Shown: positions 1 through 11,416 of the stretch, piece by piece
Position numbering within the stretch: the first letter of the stretch is position 1
Layout of the letters: every line of letters begins with the position of its first letter
Assembly (NCBI GenBank): GCA_030704615.1
Contig: CM060732.1
Span: 930,001 to 994,000, forward strand
Length of the DNA stretch: 64,000 bases
Direction: 5' to 3'
From: Takakia lepidozioides
Lineage: Eukaryota; Plantae; Bryophyta
Made by a program: the position numbers and the translations under genes
The notes under the pieces: generated by a model
Seen by the model: the letters and a program-made list of their open reading frames with translations, nothing else
What the model was told of the DNA's origin: nothing
Databases searched by the model: none

Positions 1-1655
1 GGATTGTGGAGGACCCCATGTTAAGAGAGATTGCCTGGAGAGAGGCAAAGGGCCGACACAACCACAGTATAGGCATTGTGGCAAGTATGGGCATGAAGAG
101 ACCCACTGTTATGACTTGCATCCTGAGCTACGGCCAGGCCAGTTCCAAGGGAACAATGGTGGCCGAGGACGAGGCAATGTATTCCAGAGAGGTAGAGGAG
201 GCAGAGGTCGTGGTGGAGGTCGTAACCAAAACCAAAGAGCACAGGGTCAGGGTCAAGGTCATGACCAAGGCATGGTGGATAGGCTTGCCCAGCTAGAGCA
301 ACGTCTTGCTACCATGGCCACTACTCATGTTGCGCCAGCTCCAAGGCCTGAGGTTCAAGCCCCACCTGCACAACCTCCTATGCCTGGGGAAGACCAGATT
401 GGTATGGGCTTCATGTGTGGAGCCGCACTTGCAGGACCATTGCATGTGGACTCTACAGCTGCTGTCACTCGAGCAGCAACGCGTGCTCCTGAGCCAAGAG
501 GAGCGGATGTGGATTTTGATCCACAAAGAAGGGAAGCAAGTCGGCAAACAAGGCTTCCATAGTCTTTCCCATTGGCTGAGACAGTGCCAACTATGCCATC
601 GATGACACCCGCTCGCCCAAGTGTGTCAGAGGTAGAGCCACGAGTGCCATTGGGGAGAGTTGATATGGCTCGGGAAATGCCAATGGGTGGTACTGCAAAG
701 CAAGGTGCAGCCAGTACATTGTTGGGGGCGGCTACGGCAATTTGCCAAGCTCCATTGTTTTCTACCACGACAATTGCAATGTCGGGGATGCGGCCAGCTG
801 CAGTGTTTAGACTGGCAGCTACACTCTGTGAGAGTGGTGATGCATCAGCACTATCTGCGGGGATAGCGGATCAGGTGTAGTGCATGGATGCCCTGGATTC
901 AAGGGTGAAGACAGCCACAGCTGCGCCATGGCAAGCGGCAGTTGCAAGGTTGCAAGAGTTGCCAGCTAGACCAGCCATTGAGCGTAGTATGGTGACTCCT
1001 AGGGTAGTCCTGGTGGACATTCAGGATGGTATGTTTCAGTTGGGTGGCCCAGCCGGGAGGAGGTATAGGCCACTGCGGGTCTTGTTGGACTCGGGAGCAC
1101 AGCCATTGATATTGGGGAGAGCAGCAATTGCAGGCTTGGGCCTTACAGCAGTGGATTTGGAGCCTTGCCCTAATTCAAACATCTTTGGGCGGTTCAGAGA
1201 AGGCACGAGGAATTACACGCCATGAGCTCTTCATTTGATTGTAGTCAGATCATCCTACAGATGGCTCTGTCATGAGAGCTAAAGCCATTGTTACGGACGC
1301 GATGTCTTATGATGTGCTTGTTGGTGGGGCTGTGTTATACCCGATGGGCTTTACTTTGGACTTTTGGGAGGAAACGGCATCCTACAGGCCGGAATGGCAG
1401 TCAGGGGATGGTCGACGTGCACTGCTCCCAGTGCGGTTTATTGGGAATGTAGCGGTGGATCATAGGAACATGATGCCCACATTGGCTGCATTCTCAGGGG
1501 TAGTGGCTTGGGGTGGTGAGCTCTTGGAGGGCAATAGCCATGCAGATGATAGGCCACCACCCGATGAGGACAAACAATTGGCATACAAGGCTGATTTGCT
1601 TCCTCATGTGCCCGTTCATATTCCACTGTGGGGTACAGTTGGGAATTTGCATTGA
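1..1655 (+). pseudogene. gag (two CCHC-type knuckles) and retropepsin protease, disrupted by stops
   Basis: Knuckle motifs, RGRG-rich linker, LLDSGA catalytic motif and downstream YDVLVGG protease C-terminal motif. Confidence 0.75.
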
Positions 1656-2699
1656 GTAGCAAACGAGTGTGTGCACCAAGCATGGCAGGAGGCCTATCCA
1701 TTGGTGAGTGAGGGGAGTTCAGTGACATCACCTAGACCTCCTCCATTAGCTCATTTGGACACAGTGCCCATTACTTGCAGGCAACCACCTGACTCAGGGA
1801 TTTGTTTGCTAGACATGTTTGGAGGCATGAGCACTGGGCTTGCAGGAGTGTTGCAAGCAGGGATTAAAGTACGCAAGTACTTGTATGTGGAGAAGGATGA
1901 GATAGCTCGGCGTATTTCTATGCGCCACATCGCCTTGCTCACACACCAGTATCCTGAGTTGTTGACTCTCTCAGCAATTCAAGGGTATCAAAAGGCCTTG
2001 CCAGCAGACATTACCTTGCTGGGGGCGGATGATTTGGACCGGCATGGTGCCATTGACTTGGTGATAGCTGGATGGCCTTGCTAAGGACATTCTCCCGCAG
2101 GTCATGGGAATGACTTGCATGATGCACGATCGCATTTGTTTTGGGAGATGTTGAGAGTGCTGCGTGACTTGCAGACGAGGCAAGTGCAACCTCTAGCCTA
2201 TATCTGGGGGCTGCTATTTCATGAGCCATGAGCCATGAGCGGCATGAGCCATGAGCAGACTTGTAACTGCCGAAAAAATCATGAGCAGTAAATTTTTTCA
2301 GAAATGATTGTCCACATGAATAGGGTACTTATCCGCGGTCATAGGATCCGCAAAAGCAATTGCGGCACCTTATTTCCACCGGGTACGTACAGTCCAATGA
2401 AAAAAGCAGCGCATGGTTTCCATGGCATAGATGGAAACTGAAAACGGCTCCATTCATAGAGCCGCCAATCTTCATCCGTGCAAGTCCCTGTAAGAGGGGA
2501 AGTCAAATATCTTGTGGAGTATAAGCAATGAAGGGCAGCGTCTGCAAACTCATTCTCATCTCCATACACAGTCTCCTGAGTGTTGAAATACTGTTCCTGC
2601 AGCATCGTCCGCGATTCCTTTGCAAGGATGTCGTGCCGTCAAAATCCAATGGACCCCATTCATAAGCAGAATTTGGCACCGCATTCCAATCCACAGTTA

Positions 2700-4490
2700 C
2701 AAATGCCAACCGGTTTCTGTTTGGCAGTACGGTAATTATCTGGTTTCCCTTGGAGCAAAGGCCCATTGAGTTGATGCAGGTCCACATCTTCTTCAGAACT
2801 GGGACGCCACTCTTACGGGTCCACTTGGCAATTCCCGCCTCTGTGTTTTTGCCTTTGTTGGCAAGGACCACCACACAACCTTTGTCATCCAATACCATGC
2901 GGGCTAGCCCAAACCCTTTCTTCCAAAAGTCCTCAGAAATACTTGCTCCAAGAGGGCACAATATCCAGTCCTTCCAGAGGCTCTCCATCTGGAATATCCA
3001 AAGATGATCAAATCACATGCCCAGTCGGTCCGTTTTCCACGCCTCATGCAATTCTTCCCTTCACTTGTCATTGCAAGGAAATCCATCATGGCTACAAATC
3101 TTGGAGTGTCTACAAGCTCTTCTGCAGTCGCCTTCCTTAGAGCTTTGGCTTTCAGGCCTTCCATTTGCTTGATGTGTGCTAACTTGGCGGCCGGCCGGCC
3201 ATCCAATGCCCTCAAAAAACTCTCATTCGCACACTGAATCACTGTTTTTGGCTCCAACTTCGGCCTGCCCTTCATTTCCACTAGCTCGCACGAGTGCCCC
3301 CCCGGGAGGTTGAAGAGTGTCTTCTTTGCTGAGCCAGTTTTCACAGCTTTCATAGTAAGAGGGGTTAGAGGGGATTTTGGCTGGCCACCGAACACCGCAT
3401 CATCCTTCAGCATTTTTTTGAATTCCGTGTTGCGAGTGTGGCAGTAGGGACCCTAGGCTGCTAACTCTTCTGCTGTCGGGCATGTGATCCACCTTCCTCA
3501 TTCTCAATGGAAACATAGAAAGCGGCAGACCCCAGCCAATAGCCTTCTTGGAATGCGAACTTCATCTTATCCACATCCCTTGCGAGAGCAAGCCTCACTA
3601 TCAGGAAGGAGACCATTCGACAGAGTGGAATTCGCAGTGTGCAAGGGAAGACCTTGGTCACTCTGCCGATGCTGCTGTGAGTCTCCTCCAACATTTGATT
3701 CTCTGCACTCTGAAAATCCTCCTGCGACATTTTTGGGGGTGGGGGAAGGGGCTGTTCAGATGGACCGCCCAGAGCCATGTCTGTATTCTTGGGAATGTAG
3801 CCGGGTAGATCATGTGGGAGAATGTAGTCGTCCATACCTCCCCTATTGTCACGAAAGTCCTATTATAGGTAGGAGAAGTCGAGCTCCCCATGTTAAGAAA
3901 CAACACCTTCATCCGCTGAAAGATCGACCAGGACAGGAGTGCTAGAGATCGTCGTCGGAGCAGCTGCCTGAGCTTCTGCAGAGTTGCCCCCGGTTTCCTT
4001 CTGAAACTCCTGCAAGAACTGAGCTTCAACTCGTGGAGGGGTTTTGCTAGAGACTGCTCTGCCCTTGCTTTCGCCCCCTTCTGCTTCTTACTCTTTGCAA
4101 GGGAAGGGGACTCCTCCGTTCTCGTCCGATTCTCCACCGCCCCCGTCTACTTCTTGCTCTTCGTAGGGGAAGGGGACTGATCCGATGGGGTAGTATATTC
4201 CTCAACAACCGCCTGATGCTTCCCGCTCTTTAATTTTCTGGAGAAGGGGACGACCTATGTTGGCAACTCTCCATCATCTTCATCGTCAAATTGCTTCTTT
4301 CTCTGCTGCTTTCGACTTGAAACCTTTACCTTTCCAAAGCACGTCCTTGAAGCGCACAAGGTTAGGCCCAACAGGAGGACCCGTGCTAGAAGGTCGAGGG
4401 TGTGTGCGGGCTGCAGTAGCTTCCTCCTTTTCGTCCTGCGGGTCTTCAGAGCCCTGCGATCCCTCCACCACCTCACTATGAGGCTGTGCA
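2700..4490 (-). pseudogene. Internally deleted, diverged remnant of the ParB-methyltransferase cargo gene
   Basis: Translations match the 36527-41656 gene: EETHSSIGRV..LRIPLCRMVS, KTGSAKKTLFNLPGGH, WACDLII(L)DIPDGE, SEDFWKKGFGLARMVLDDKGCVVVL. Confidence 0.85.
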
Positions 4491-4900
4491 ACATAAGAGA
4501 AACTAAAGAGAAGAAATGAGGCAAAGAATGGTGTTGGAAGGGGTGTTAGAGCAGTGAAAGAGTCACCAGCGAAAGATGACATCAAACGGCGGAGATGCAC
4601 CATATGGATTCGAAAGGTCGGGGCCTACGTGTCTCCTCGTGAGGCAGGTGGCCCCTACGTCGCTGGAAAATTGAATTCGAAGAAATAGAGGTCTAGTGTT
4701 TGTTGGACAGTCAGTGATGATGCAACGGTCCGGCATTACCGCCTCCGAATATGTGTTGGCAATGACCCCTTCAACTGCCATTTCAGCCTCTATGAGTCAA
4801 CAGACCGAATGCTGTGTGGCATTAGTGGCCGTTCGATCAGGATACCTCCCTACCGCATCACGAAAGAGGATAAAGATGCCAGGGAGGATTGCAATCAGTG

Positions 4901-5473
4901 GTAAATGCGGTACCGCATTTCCGTCCCCTTCGTGAACCCTCTTTACTGAAGGCAAGCATGGAGGGCAGCTGGGACGGAAATACGGCACCACATTTCCGTC
5001 CCCATTCTCAGGATCGTAAGGTTGGATGGCTGGATTTGCGGCCATCCTATCATGGAAAAAAGGTTGTTTGGCAAGTTCGACGGGAATGCGGTGCCGCACT
5101 TCCGTTTCGCTGTCCTGTCTGCCAAAGTAAGTGGTAGCGGGCCTGGAATGCGACACCGCAATTCCGTCGAAGCTGTCATTAAGAAAAGGTACAATGACAG
5201 TCCGGACGGAAATGCGGCGCCGCATTTCCCTTCAACTGCCAAGTACGCAAACTGAAGTGGTCTTCTGGACGGAAACGCGGCACCGCATTTCCGTCCCACC
5301 AGAAATGAAGGGATGGTCCACTATCAGTCCGGACGGAAATACGGTGGCGCGTTTTCGTCCAGACTCTCGGGAAAGCAATGTCTGGACGGGAATGCGGCAC
5401 CGCATTTCCATCCGACCACCTGTTTAGGGATCGTACAGTTGGAGCCCAGACGGAAATGCGGCATCGCATTTCC
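4901..5473. repeat. Array of 9 copies of the 22-bp palindrome GGAAATGCGGYRCCGCATTTCC with largely unique spacers
   Basis: Copies start at about 4901, 4976, 5082, 5144, 5208, 5271, 5335, 5388 and 5452. Confidence 0.9.
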
Positions 5474-5519
5474 GTCCAGACTGTTAAAAATGCATGGTGG
5501 AATGGGAGCCCAGAATGCG

Positions 5520-6300
5520 GATAGAAGGGGGAAAAAAAATAATCCTAACCGTTTTTTTTCCTCTTGTCATCGCCGCTGGATTGAAATGCGGTGCCGCATT
5601 TCCGTCCATAGGAGTGAGGACAAAAAAAGTTTTTTTTTTGCCCCACCCCACCCCCCCCCCCCCCCCCTCCTTTTTTAGTCATCCCCGCTGGATGGGAATG
5701 CGGCGCCGCATTTCCAACAACAAGGGGTAGAAGGGGGAAAAAAATAACCCTAACCGTTTTTCTTCCTCTTGTCATCGCCGCTAGATTGAAATGCGGCGCC
5801 GCATTTGCGTCCATACGGTGGGGGGGGCCGTGGGGAAAAAAATAAAAATAAAAATAAAAATAAAAATAAAAATTGTTGGTTTTTTTTTTTTGGGGTTGTT
5901 CTCTAGTCATCCCCGCTGGATGGAATGCGGCGCCGCATTTCCAACAACAGGGGGAATAGAGAGGAAAACAATAACCCTATCCTTTTTTTCCTCTTGTCAT
6001 CGCCGCTGGATTGAAATGCGGCGCCGCATTTGCGTCCATAGGGGTGAAAGGCAAAAAATAAAATAAAAAATGGAGTTTGTTTTTTTGTTTTATTTTTTGC
6101 CCTCTCTAGTCATCCCCGCAGGATCAACATGCGATGCCGCATTTCCAACAACAAGGGATAGAGGGGGAAAAAAAAATAACCGTAAATTTTTTTCTTTTTT
6201 CTTCTCATCACCGCTGGATTGAAATGCGAACTTCCAAAAACGGCAATGTCAAATTAAAAACTATTATTCTAATATTTTTTTAATCTGCGCATTTCCAAAT
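5520..6300. repeat. About 3 higher-order repeats of ~190-240 bp, each with two palindrome copies, homopolymer tracts and a (TAAAAA)n run
   Basis: Recurring CCTCTTGTCATCGCCGCTGGATTGAAATGCGG.. and TAGTCATCCCCGCTGGATG(G)GAATGCGGCGCCGCATTTCCAACAAC blocks. Confidence 0.85.
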
Positions 6301-7419
6301 TTGGAGAAGTCCGCTCATGAAAACCGCGTATCTTAGACTTCGGCTCACCGCTCATGCGGCTCATGGCTCATGGCTCATGGTTTCTGCTCATGAAATAGTA
6401 AACCTCCCTATATCTTGGAGAATGTTCCTCTTATGGGGGACTCTCGGGCCAGGGTTATGGCCAGTGTGCATCAGGTGCGGTCTTGGATTGGATCGGCGGT
6501 GCTATTGGATGCAGCAGCGGTGGGATCACGAGCGTATCGACCTCGATTGTGGTGGACCAATCTTGCACCACCAGAGCTGCTCAAAAGAGCATACGATTCC
6601 ATTCAACGGCCACCCAATCTCACAATTGAGGGCATTTTGGACCAAGGGAGGCAACCACAGAGGGTGCGACATGATGACCGTCCACCTCTAGCAGTTGTAA
6701 ATCGAGTGGGGTAGCCACGTGCGGCCTTGCCTACGCTCATGAGCTTTCCCTCGTCTCATGCTTTTCGAAACAATGGTCCTGGGTTGATTTGGGATAGTGT
6801 GCTACAGCAATTGGTGGAGCCCAATGCAGATGAGCGAGAGCGGGCAATGGGATTTGCCATGGGCACTACAGCTGTGCTAGCTCTGTCAGAGGCATCACGC
6901 TGACATGTGTTGGGTCAAGCAATGGATCTAAATTGCTTGACATGGGTCATTGGCTTGTGCATGGCTGAGCAACGGAGGTTGCAGACAGTGGTGGTTACTT
7001 CTGCACTCCCATTTGGTATTGTATCCCCTCTGCCAACCGGGACGGTTGAGGCAGTGAGTGGGGACGAGCACAGGATCATGGGGTGCAAACACCCATGGCA
7101 GATGTGGGATGAGATGCGCAAAGAGAGAGTCATTGGATCTCTCAAGCAGCAGTATGAGGAGTGGGGAGAGCCATACACTGAGGATCAGTTGGAGGCCAAG
7201 GTGGCTAAGGTTTTTGAAGAGGTTGAGAATGTTTCTTGCTCAGAGGATGTTCTCAAGGTGGCTATGGCAGAGCAAGTGGAGGCTACGCCACGGTTAGGGT
7301 GGGCGGATAAGGCCCAAGAGGTTGTTATCTAGCAACCAAAGGATATGTCTCCTACGTCCAAGCCTGGTGTACCCAAGGTTGCAGTCACTGAGGACAACTG
7401 GGAACCAGATGTTGGACCT

Positions 7420-7795
7420 ACAGTCACCGGAGGAGAGAGGATCCAACGATTTCTAAGGGCTTATAGAAATTGTTTTGCCTTCGGTTTGAAGGATTTGGGG
7501 AGTTTGAAGGGCCAGGAGATTCGTATTGATTTGGCAAGTGACACGCCAATTTTTCGAAGGCCCTACTGGTATAGTGACATGGAGAGGTCATTGATCCAGT
7601 CACGGACTATGGAGTTGTTCGAAGCTGGATTGGTGGAGTTGTCAGGCGGGGAGTATGCCTCGGCAACGGTGATGCCAACTAAGACTAAGTCCGATAGATA
7701 TGCCATGCCAACTCCAGATGAGATCTTTGATGCCATTGGGCATGCAAATGTGTTTAACACATTGGTTGCAATCCGGTTACCACCGGTTGCCAATC
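7420..7795 (+). pseudogene. 5' part of Ty3/gypsy reverse transcriptase, with an internal deletion
   Basis: FLRAYRNCFAF..DLGSL...IRIDL..PIFRRPY, DRYAMPTPDEIFDAIG, LQSGYHRLPI. Confidence 0.75.
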
Positions 7796-8328
7796 AATTA
7801 TCACCAAGATAATTGGACGGACCTTCTGTCCTTGGCTGAGTTTACCTATAACAACACTATTATTCTTCGACCAAGCAAACTCCATTTTTCTCCAATTATG
7901 GTCATCATCCTCGAGCAAACCCTTTCCACATGAAGACTGTCAGAAGCCCTGCTGGAGAAAACCTTGATATTCATATTGCTACGATTCATAAGAAGCTTAC
8001 ATTCCACCTAGTAGAAGCTCAAAAACAATACAAGGAGTATGCAGATCAACATCGACAACTTCAACCCCAGTTCAAGGTCGGAGATCGTGTGTGATTTTTT
8101 CGACGAGACATACAAACCTTGCGACCATCAAGGAAGTTGGAGAGAGAGAAGACTCCGGCCAAAGCCGGCGTAACTAAGAGCCACTTCGCCTCACGGCTAC
8201 TGCCCCCTCTCAGGGGGTGGGCCCTCTCTAAAAGGTGTCCATAGGACACTAGGAGCCTAGAGGAGCAAGGTATCGTGGGTACCTGGGGTACCTAGGGTAC
8301 CTTAGGCACCCCATGAGTCAGAGAAGGG

Positions 8329-9030
8329 TTAGATTTGAGGTTGCATTTTGTTAATAATTATAGCTGTGAGGGAGCGGAGGGCTGTCAGGTGTATTGCTTT
8401 GAAACATTTATGAATGGAAAAGATATGGAGTTTAAAGTTAGTGTGTAGTGCATCAATACTGGCGTTATGAATGCCGCCTCTAGTGCCAGCCGTGATAACC
8501 GACAAAGGACCAGTGACCCAGCCCTTATGTCGGAGCGCAAGGATAAGTGGCGCATATTTTAGCCATTTGTCTAGCATTGAGTCAGCGAGGTATCGATCAT
8601 GGCAATATGTGAACTCAATAAAGTGGATGGTAAGGTTTGGGGTTGGGGGGGTGGGTGGGGGGGAGTTTATGGGTAAACCATGTACAAGCAAGATGTCCGG
8701 GCATAGTCTGGCGGGGCAGGTGCAGGGGGAGGGGGAGCAAGTACAGGGGAGAAGCCAGTGTGGGACGGTGTGGTCTGGGGGTCGTCCTTGGTAGATACCA
8801 GCGTTGATTAGCGAGAACCATCTCGTCTCGGCGCGATGTAGGAGGAGTTTATGGATGTGCCAGACTACTTGGTTATGGCGGGTTATACGAAGCCCGTGGA
8901 TGACCGTGTGTGTGCATTGGCTAAGAAGGTGTGGCCAGGTGCCACGTTCCTGGTGGGTATGAGAACGGAGGGGACAATGCGGGGAGGGGAAAAGATGTGG
9001 CCAGAAAATGTGTTTACGCTGATGTCCCAT
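8329..9030 (-). pseudogene. LINE C-terminal Zn finger and restriction-like (PD-(D/E)xK) endonuclease
   Basis: CPL...HLLSQC..RHNQVV, PDILLV...IHFIEFTYC, KWLKYAPL, ITAGTRGGI. Confidence 0.8.
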
Positions 9031-9195
9031 ATATTGTGCGTATCAGAATTTAAGCGTCTGTTTGATGTGGGCGTCAGTAGCTGCTTTGGAGTGCCAAAAG
9101 TAGTTTGAGAGTTTGTTATGGAGTACTGCGGATTGTGTCCATTTCTGTATGTATATTTTAATGTGGTTAGCAGATACCGAGGTTTGCTTATTGGT

Positions 9196-9780
9196 TTATC
9201 GAGTAAGGGTTTTCAAAAGGTTGCGTATGGGACGAGGTGCAAGGGGGTCGGGTACGGGGTGTATTAGCCAGAATGGGTAGGTATGTGCTATGTGGATGGG
9301 ATCATTGGTAGGGTCAACAGGGGGTTCGTCGGCACCTTCCTGGGCAAGAAGGTCGGCAGCCTCGTTCCCCCGGATACCTGTGTGTGCGCGTACTTTGATA
9401 AAGTGAATGGGTTGGTTGATGGAGATAGCCAGGTTGGCGATGGCTGTGATGAGATTACGGTCAGAATGATAATGGTGAGAAGATGGGCATGAGAGGTGGT
9501 TGCGGATGAGAAAGAGCGAGGTGAGGCTATCTGTGAAGATATAATGTGGAGGGGAGAATGAGGACAATTGGGTGAGCGCTTCAAATATTGCCATTAGTTC
9601 TGCACGAAGTATGGTAGAAGGACCAGAAAGTATGTGAGCGGTGCCCTGATTGGTAGCGGCATGGTATACTCCATAACCTGCAAGGGAGCCGGTGAGGGAG
9701 CCGCCGGTGTAGTGGGAGTGGGATGGCGGAAATTTGGGAGGTATAATTTGGCAATAGGATGGGAGGGGCGGGGGGAGCAT
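9196..9780 (-). pseudogene. RNase H domain of the LINE
   Basis: YTGGS (YTDGS-like), RAELMAI, IFTDSLTS, KVRAHTGIRGNEAADLLA. Confidence 0.9.
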
Positions 9781-9932
9781 AGGTTGGGCAAAGGACGGGC
9801 GCGGTAGCGCCCTTTTCCATGCCTTGCTTAAGTTAATCCTAGTGAGTGGGCCAGGTGGGGTGAGGACTGGATGTGTGAGATGGTGGGGGTAGATGGTGGT
9901 TTTTAGCTTGTGAGTGCGCTTAAGGAGTTGAT

Positions 9933-10422
9933 CTAGTAAGGCAGGGAAGGTGGGAGGTATGGTGGAATGCGTGGTGTGTTAGACATGAAGGAGAAGGGTA
10001 AGGGTGGGTTCTTTGTAACGAAGGTATTTGGGGAGGGGAGGGGCGGGGTGTGGATGTACCGGAGCTGGTTAGGTTCGATAGCGGCGAGGAGTGTTACGCC
10101 GGGTGGGAATTGTAGGAGGGGGTGGGGACTATTGGGTAGCTTTTGGTGAGTGAGTAAGAGGATCGTGACGTTTGATGGGAAAGAGTGTGTGGCCATACGG
10201 GCCCATTGGAGGGCCTCATGTGTGAGGGGGCCTGAAGGGGGGTGGGCAAATCCCCTCCCTGCCCATGCGTGTTGGGTGGCATGTCCGGTGGCTCCGAAGA
10301 TGCAGTCTCGGGGGTGGGGGCTGGCAAAAGTTGTGATTCCCATCGGGCATGTAAGCGGACTGGAATAATATGAATGAGTGAGTTTGAAGGTGGTAACGAG
10401 CAGAGAGAGGATATCAGGGGGG
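9933..10422 (-). pseudogene. PCIF1/CAPAM-like adenine-methyltransferase fold within the LINE polyprotein
   Basis: HSYYSSPLTC..TFAS....DCIFGATG......W.GRGFAHPP..EALQWA...VTILLL parallels the PCIF1 pattern ECFASPLNC..YCS....D.YFGS.G......GSFEANPPF..SFIVF. Confidence 0.6.
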
Positions 10423-10959
10423 ATCAAGGAAGTTGGATTATCAATGCCTAGGACCATTCAAAATTATTCGACAAATAAATTCGGTCAGTTTTCGGCTTGA
10501 ACTCCCTCGAAGTATGCGCATCCATCTAGTCTTTTATGTTTCATTATTGGAGTTGCATCATCCATCGAATATTCTAGGGAGAGTTTCCGTACCACCTCCA
10601 CCAATCGAAATCAATCAGGAAATCGAGTATGAAGTCGACGAAGTCCTAGACTCTCGCATCAAGTATAAACGTCTTGAGTATTTCGTACATTGAAAAAGCT
10701 ACGACATCAGCGAACGAACGTGGGAACCTTCATCCAACCTTGCCAATGCATCTGACAAAGTCCAAGAGTTTCATCAATGCTATCCAGCTAAGCCCCGAGC
10801 TACACGTCAATAAGACGTCACAACGATGATGTTAGCCAAGTTAACTTCAAGGTGAGGACTCCACATTCAGTGTATCTGATACACGCTAAGGAGGGCGGAG
10901 CACCACACAGCAGTATATATAGCTACACTTCCAGCACTCTTGCATCTTGTATTGGCAGC

Positions 10960-11355
10960 ATGGAGTCACAAGAACTAGATACATTGGAGCTGTTGCTTAC
11001 CCAACTACCAGATCAGCCGTTCCGACTCTCACGACCTTCAACATCACGCCGACGCTCTCGAGACGATGAGCCACCAATGCGACGCGTATTTTCTCGTCTG
11101 GACCCCGTACGACGGCAAGTGGAGCCTACTCGAAGTCTGATAATCATGTTGGAGGTTGAGGCTTCAAACCCAGAGGGCAACGAAATCATGTTTGAAAGCA
11201 ACTTCGAAAATCAGAATGCTCAAATCACTGCGTGGTCCCAAGTTCAAGGTGTTGGACGGTATCGATGGTTGCAGGGACCTATAAATCATTTGAGTCAAGA
11301 ACGAAGAGCCGAATACTTGACAAGTATCATTCGCCGGATTTTGGATTTTCTCTAA
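10960..11355 (+). CDS. Intact 131-aa ORF of unknown function between the chromodomain and the PPT
   Basis: Open ATG-to-TAA frame with TATATATA about 45 bp upstream (10914); no recognisable motif. Confidence 0.4.
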   Translation: MESQELDTLELLLTQLPDQPFRLSRPSTSRRRSRDDEPPMRRVFSRLDPVRRQVEPTRSLIIMLEVEASNPEGNEIMFESNFENQNAQITAWSQVQGVGRYRWLQGPINHLSQERRAEYLTSIIRRILDFL

Positions 11356-11401
11356 CTCTAAGCAAGTCTAAGATTTCACCGCCCCTCGAAGAACTCGGCG
11401 C

Positions 11402-11416
11402 TAGAGGAGGGGGTGA
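11402..11416 (+). promoter_or_regulatory. Polypurine tract
   Basis: TAGAGGAGGGGGTGA immediately before the TGTCA LTR start. Confidence 0.85.

Larger units (their letters stand above)
2206..6406 (-). mobile_element. Non-autonomous deletion derivative of the palindrome-bearing MULE family, opposite orientation to 27767-57423
   Basis: Perfect 9-bp TSD CCTATATCT (2197-2205 and 6407-6415). Ends GGGGGCTGCTATTTCATGAGC and GCTCATGAAATAGTAAACCTC match the ends of the large element. No transposase inside. Confidence 0.93.
1790..6960 (+). pseudogene. Retrotransposon-borne C5-cytosine DNA methyltransferase (DNMT3-like), coding parts 1790-2205 and 6416-6960
   Basis: Motif I LLDMFGGMSTG, II YVEKD, III ADITL, IV IAGWPC*GHS (Q mutated to stop), VI YILENV (rejoined across the insertion), VIII AYRPRLWWTNL, X VLGQAMD. 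Confidence 0.85.
1..7795 (+). mobile_element. Decayed Ty3/gypsy-like LTR retrotransposon internal region, domain order gag-protease-DNMT-RT; 5' end outside the window, truncated in RT, interrupted by a MULE at 2206-6406
   Basis: Zn knuckles (CGGPHVKRDC at ~5, CGKYGHEETHC at ~77), aspartic protease LLDSGAQPLILG (~1081), DNMT motifs, RT start (IRIDL..PIFRRPY..GLVE...YASATVMP..DRYAMPTPDEIFD..LQSGYHRLPI). Many in-frame stops. Confidence 0.85.
8142..10422 (-). mobile_element. 5'-truncated non-LTR retrotransposon with PCIF1-like domain, RNase H, Zn finger and restriction-like endonuclease (Dualen/RandI-like architecture)
   Basis: 15-bp TSD ATCAAGGAAGTTGGA (8127-8141 and 10423-10437), short (TC)n 3' tail on the minus strand, and the domain order below. 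Confidence 0.85.

Noticed and set aside
7780-7810. A single retroelement spanning the DNMT-RT region and the chromodomain integrase
   Set aside because: RT breaks off and integrase begins mid-domain with a shift in base composition. A deletion joining two elements is more likely, though one element cannot be fully excluded.
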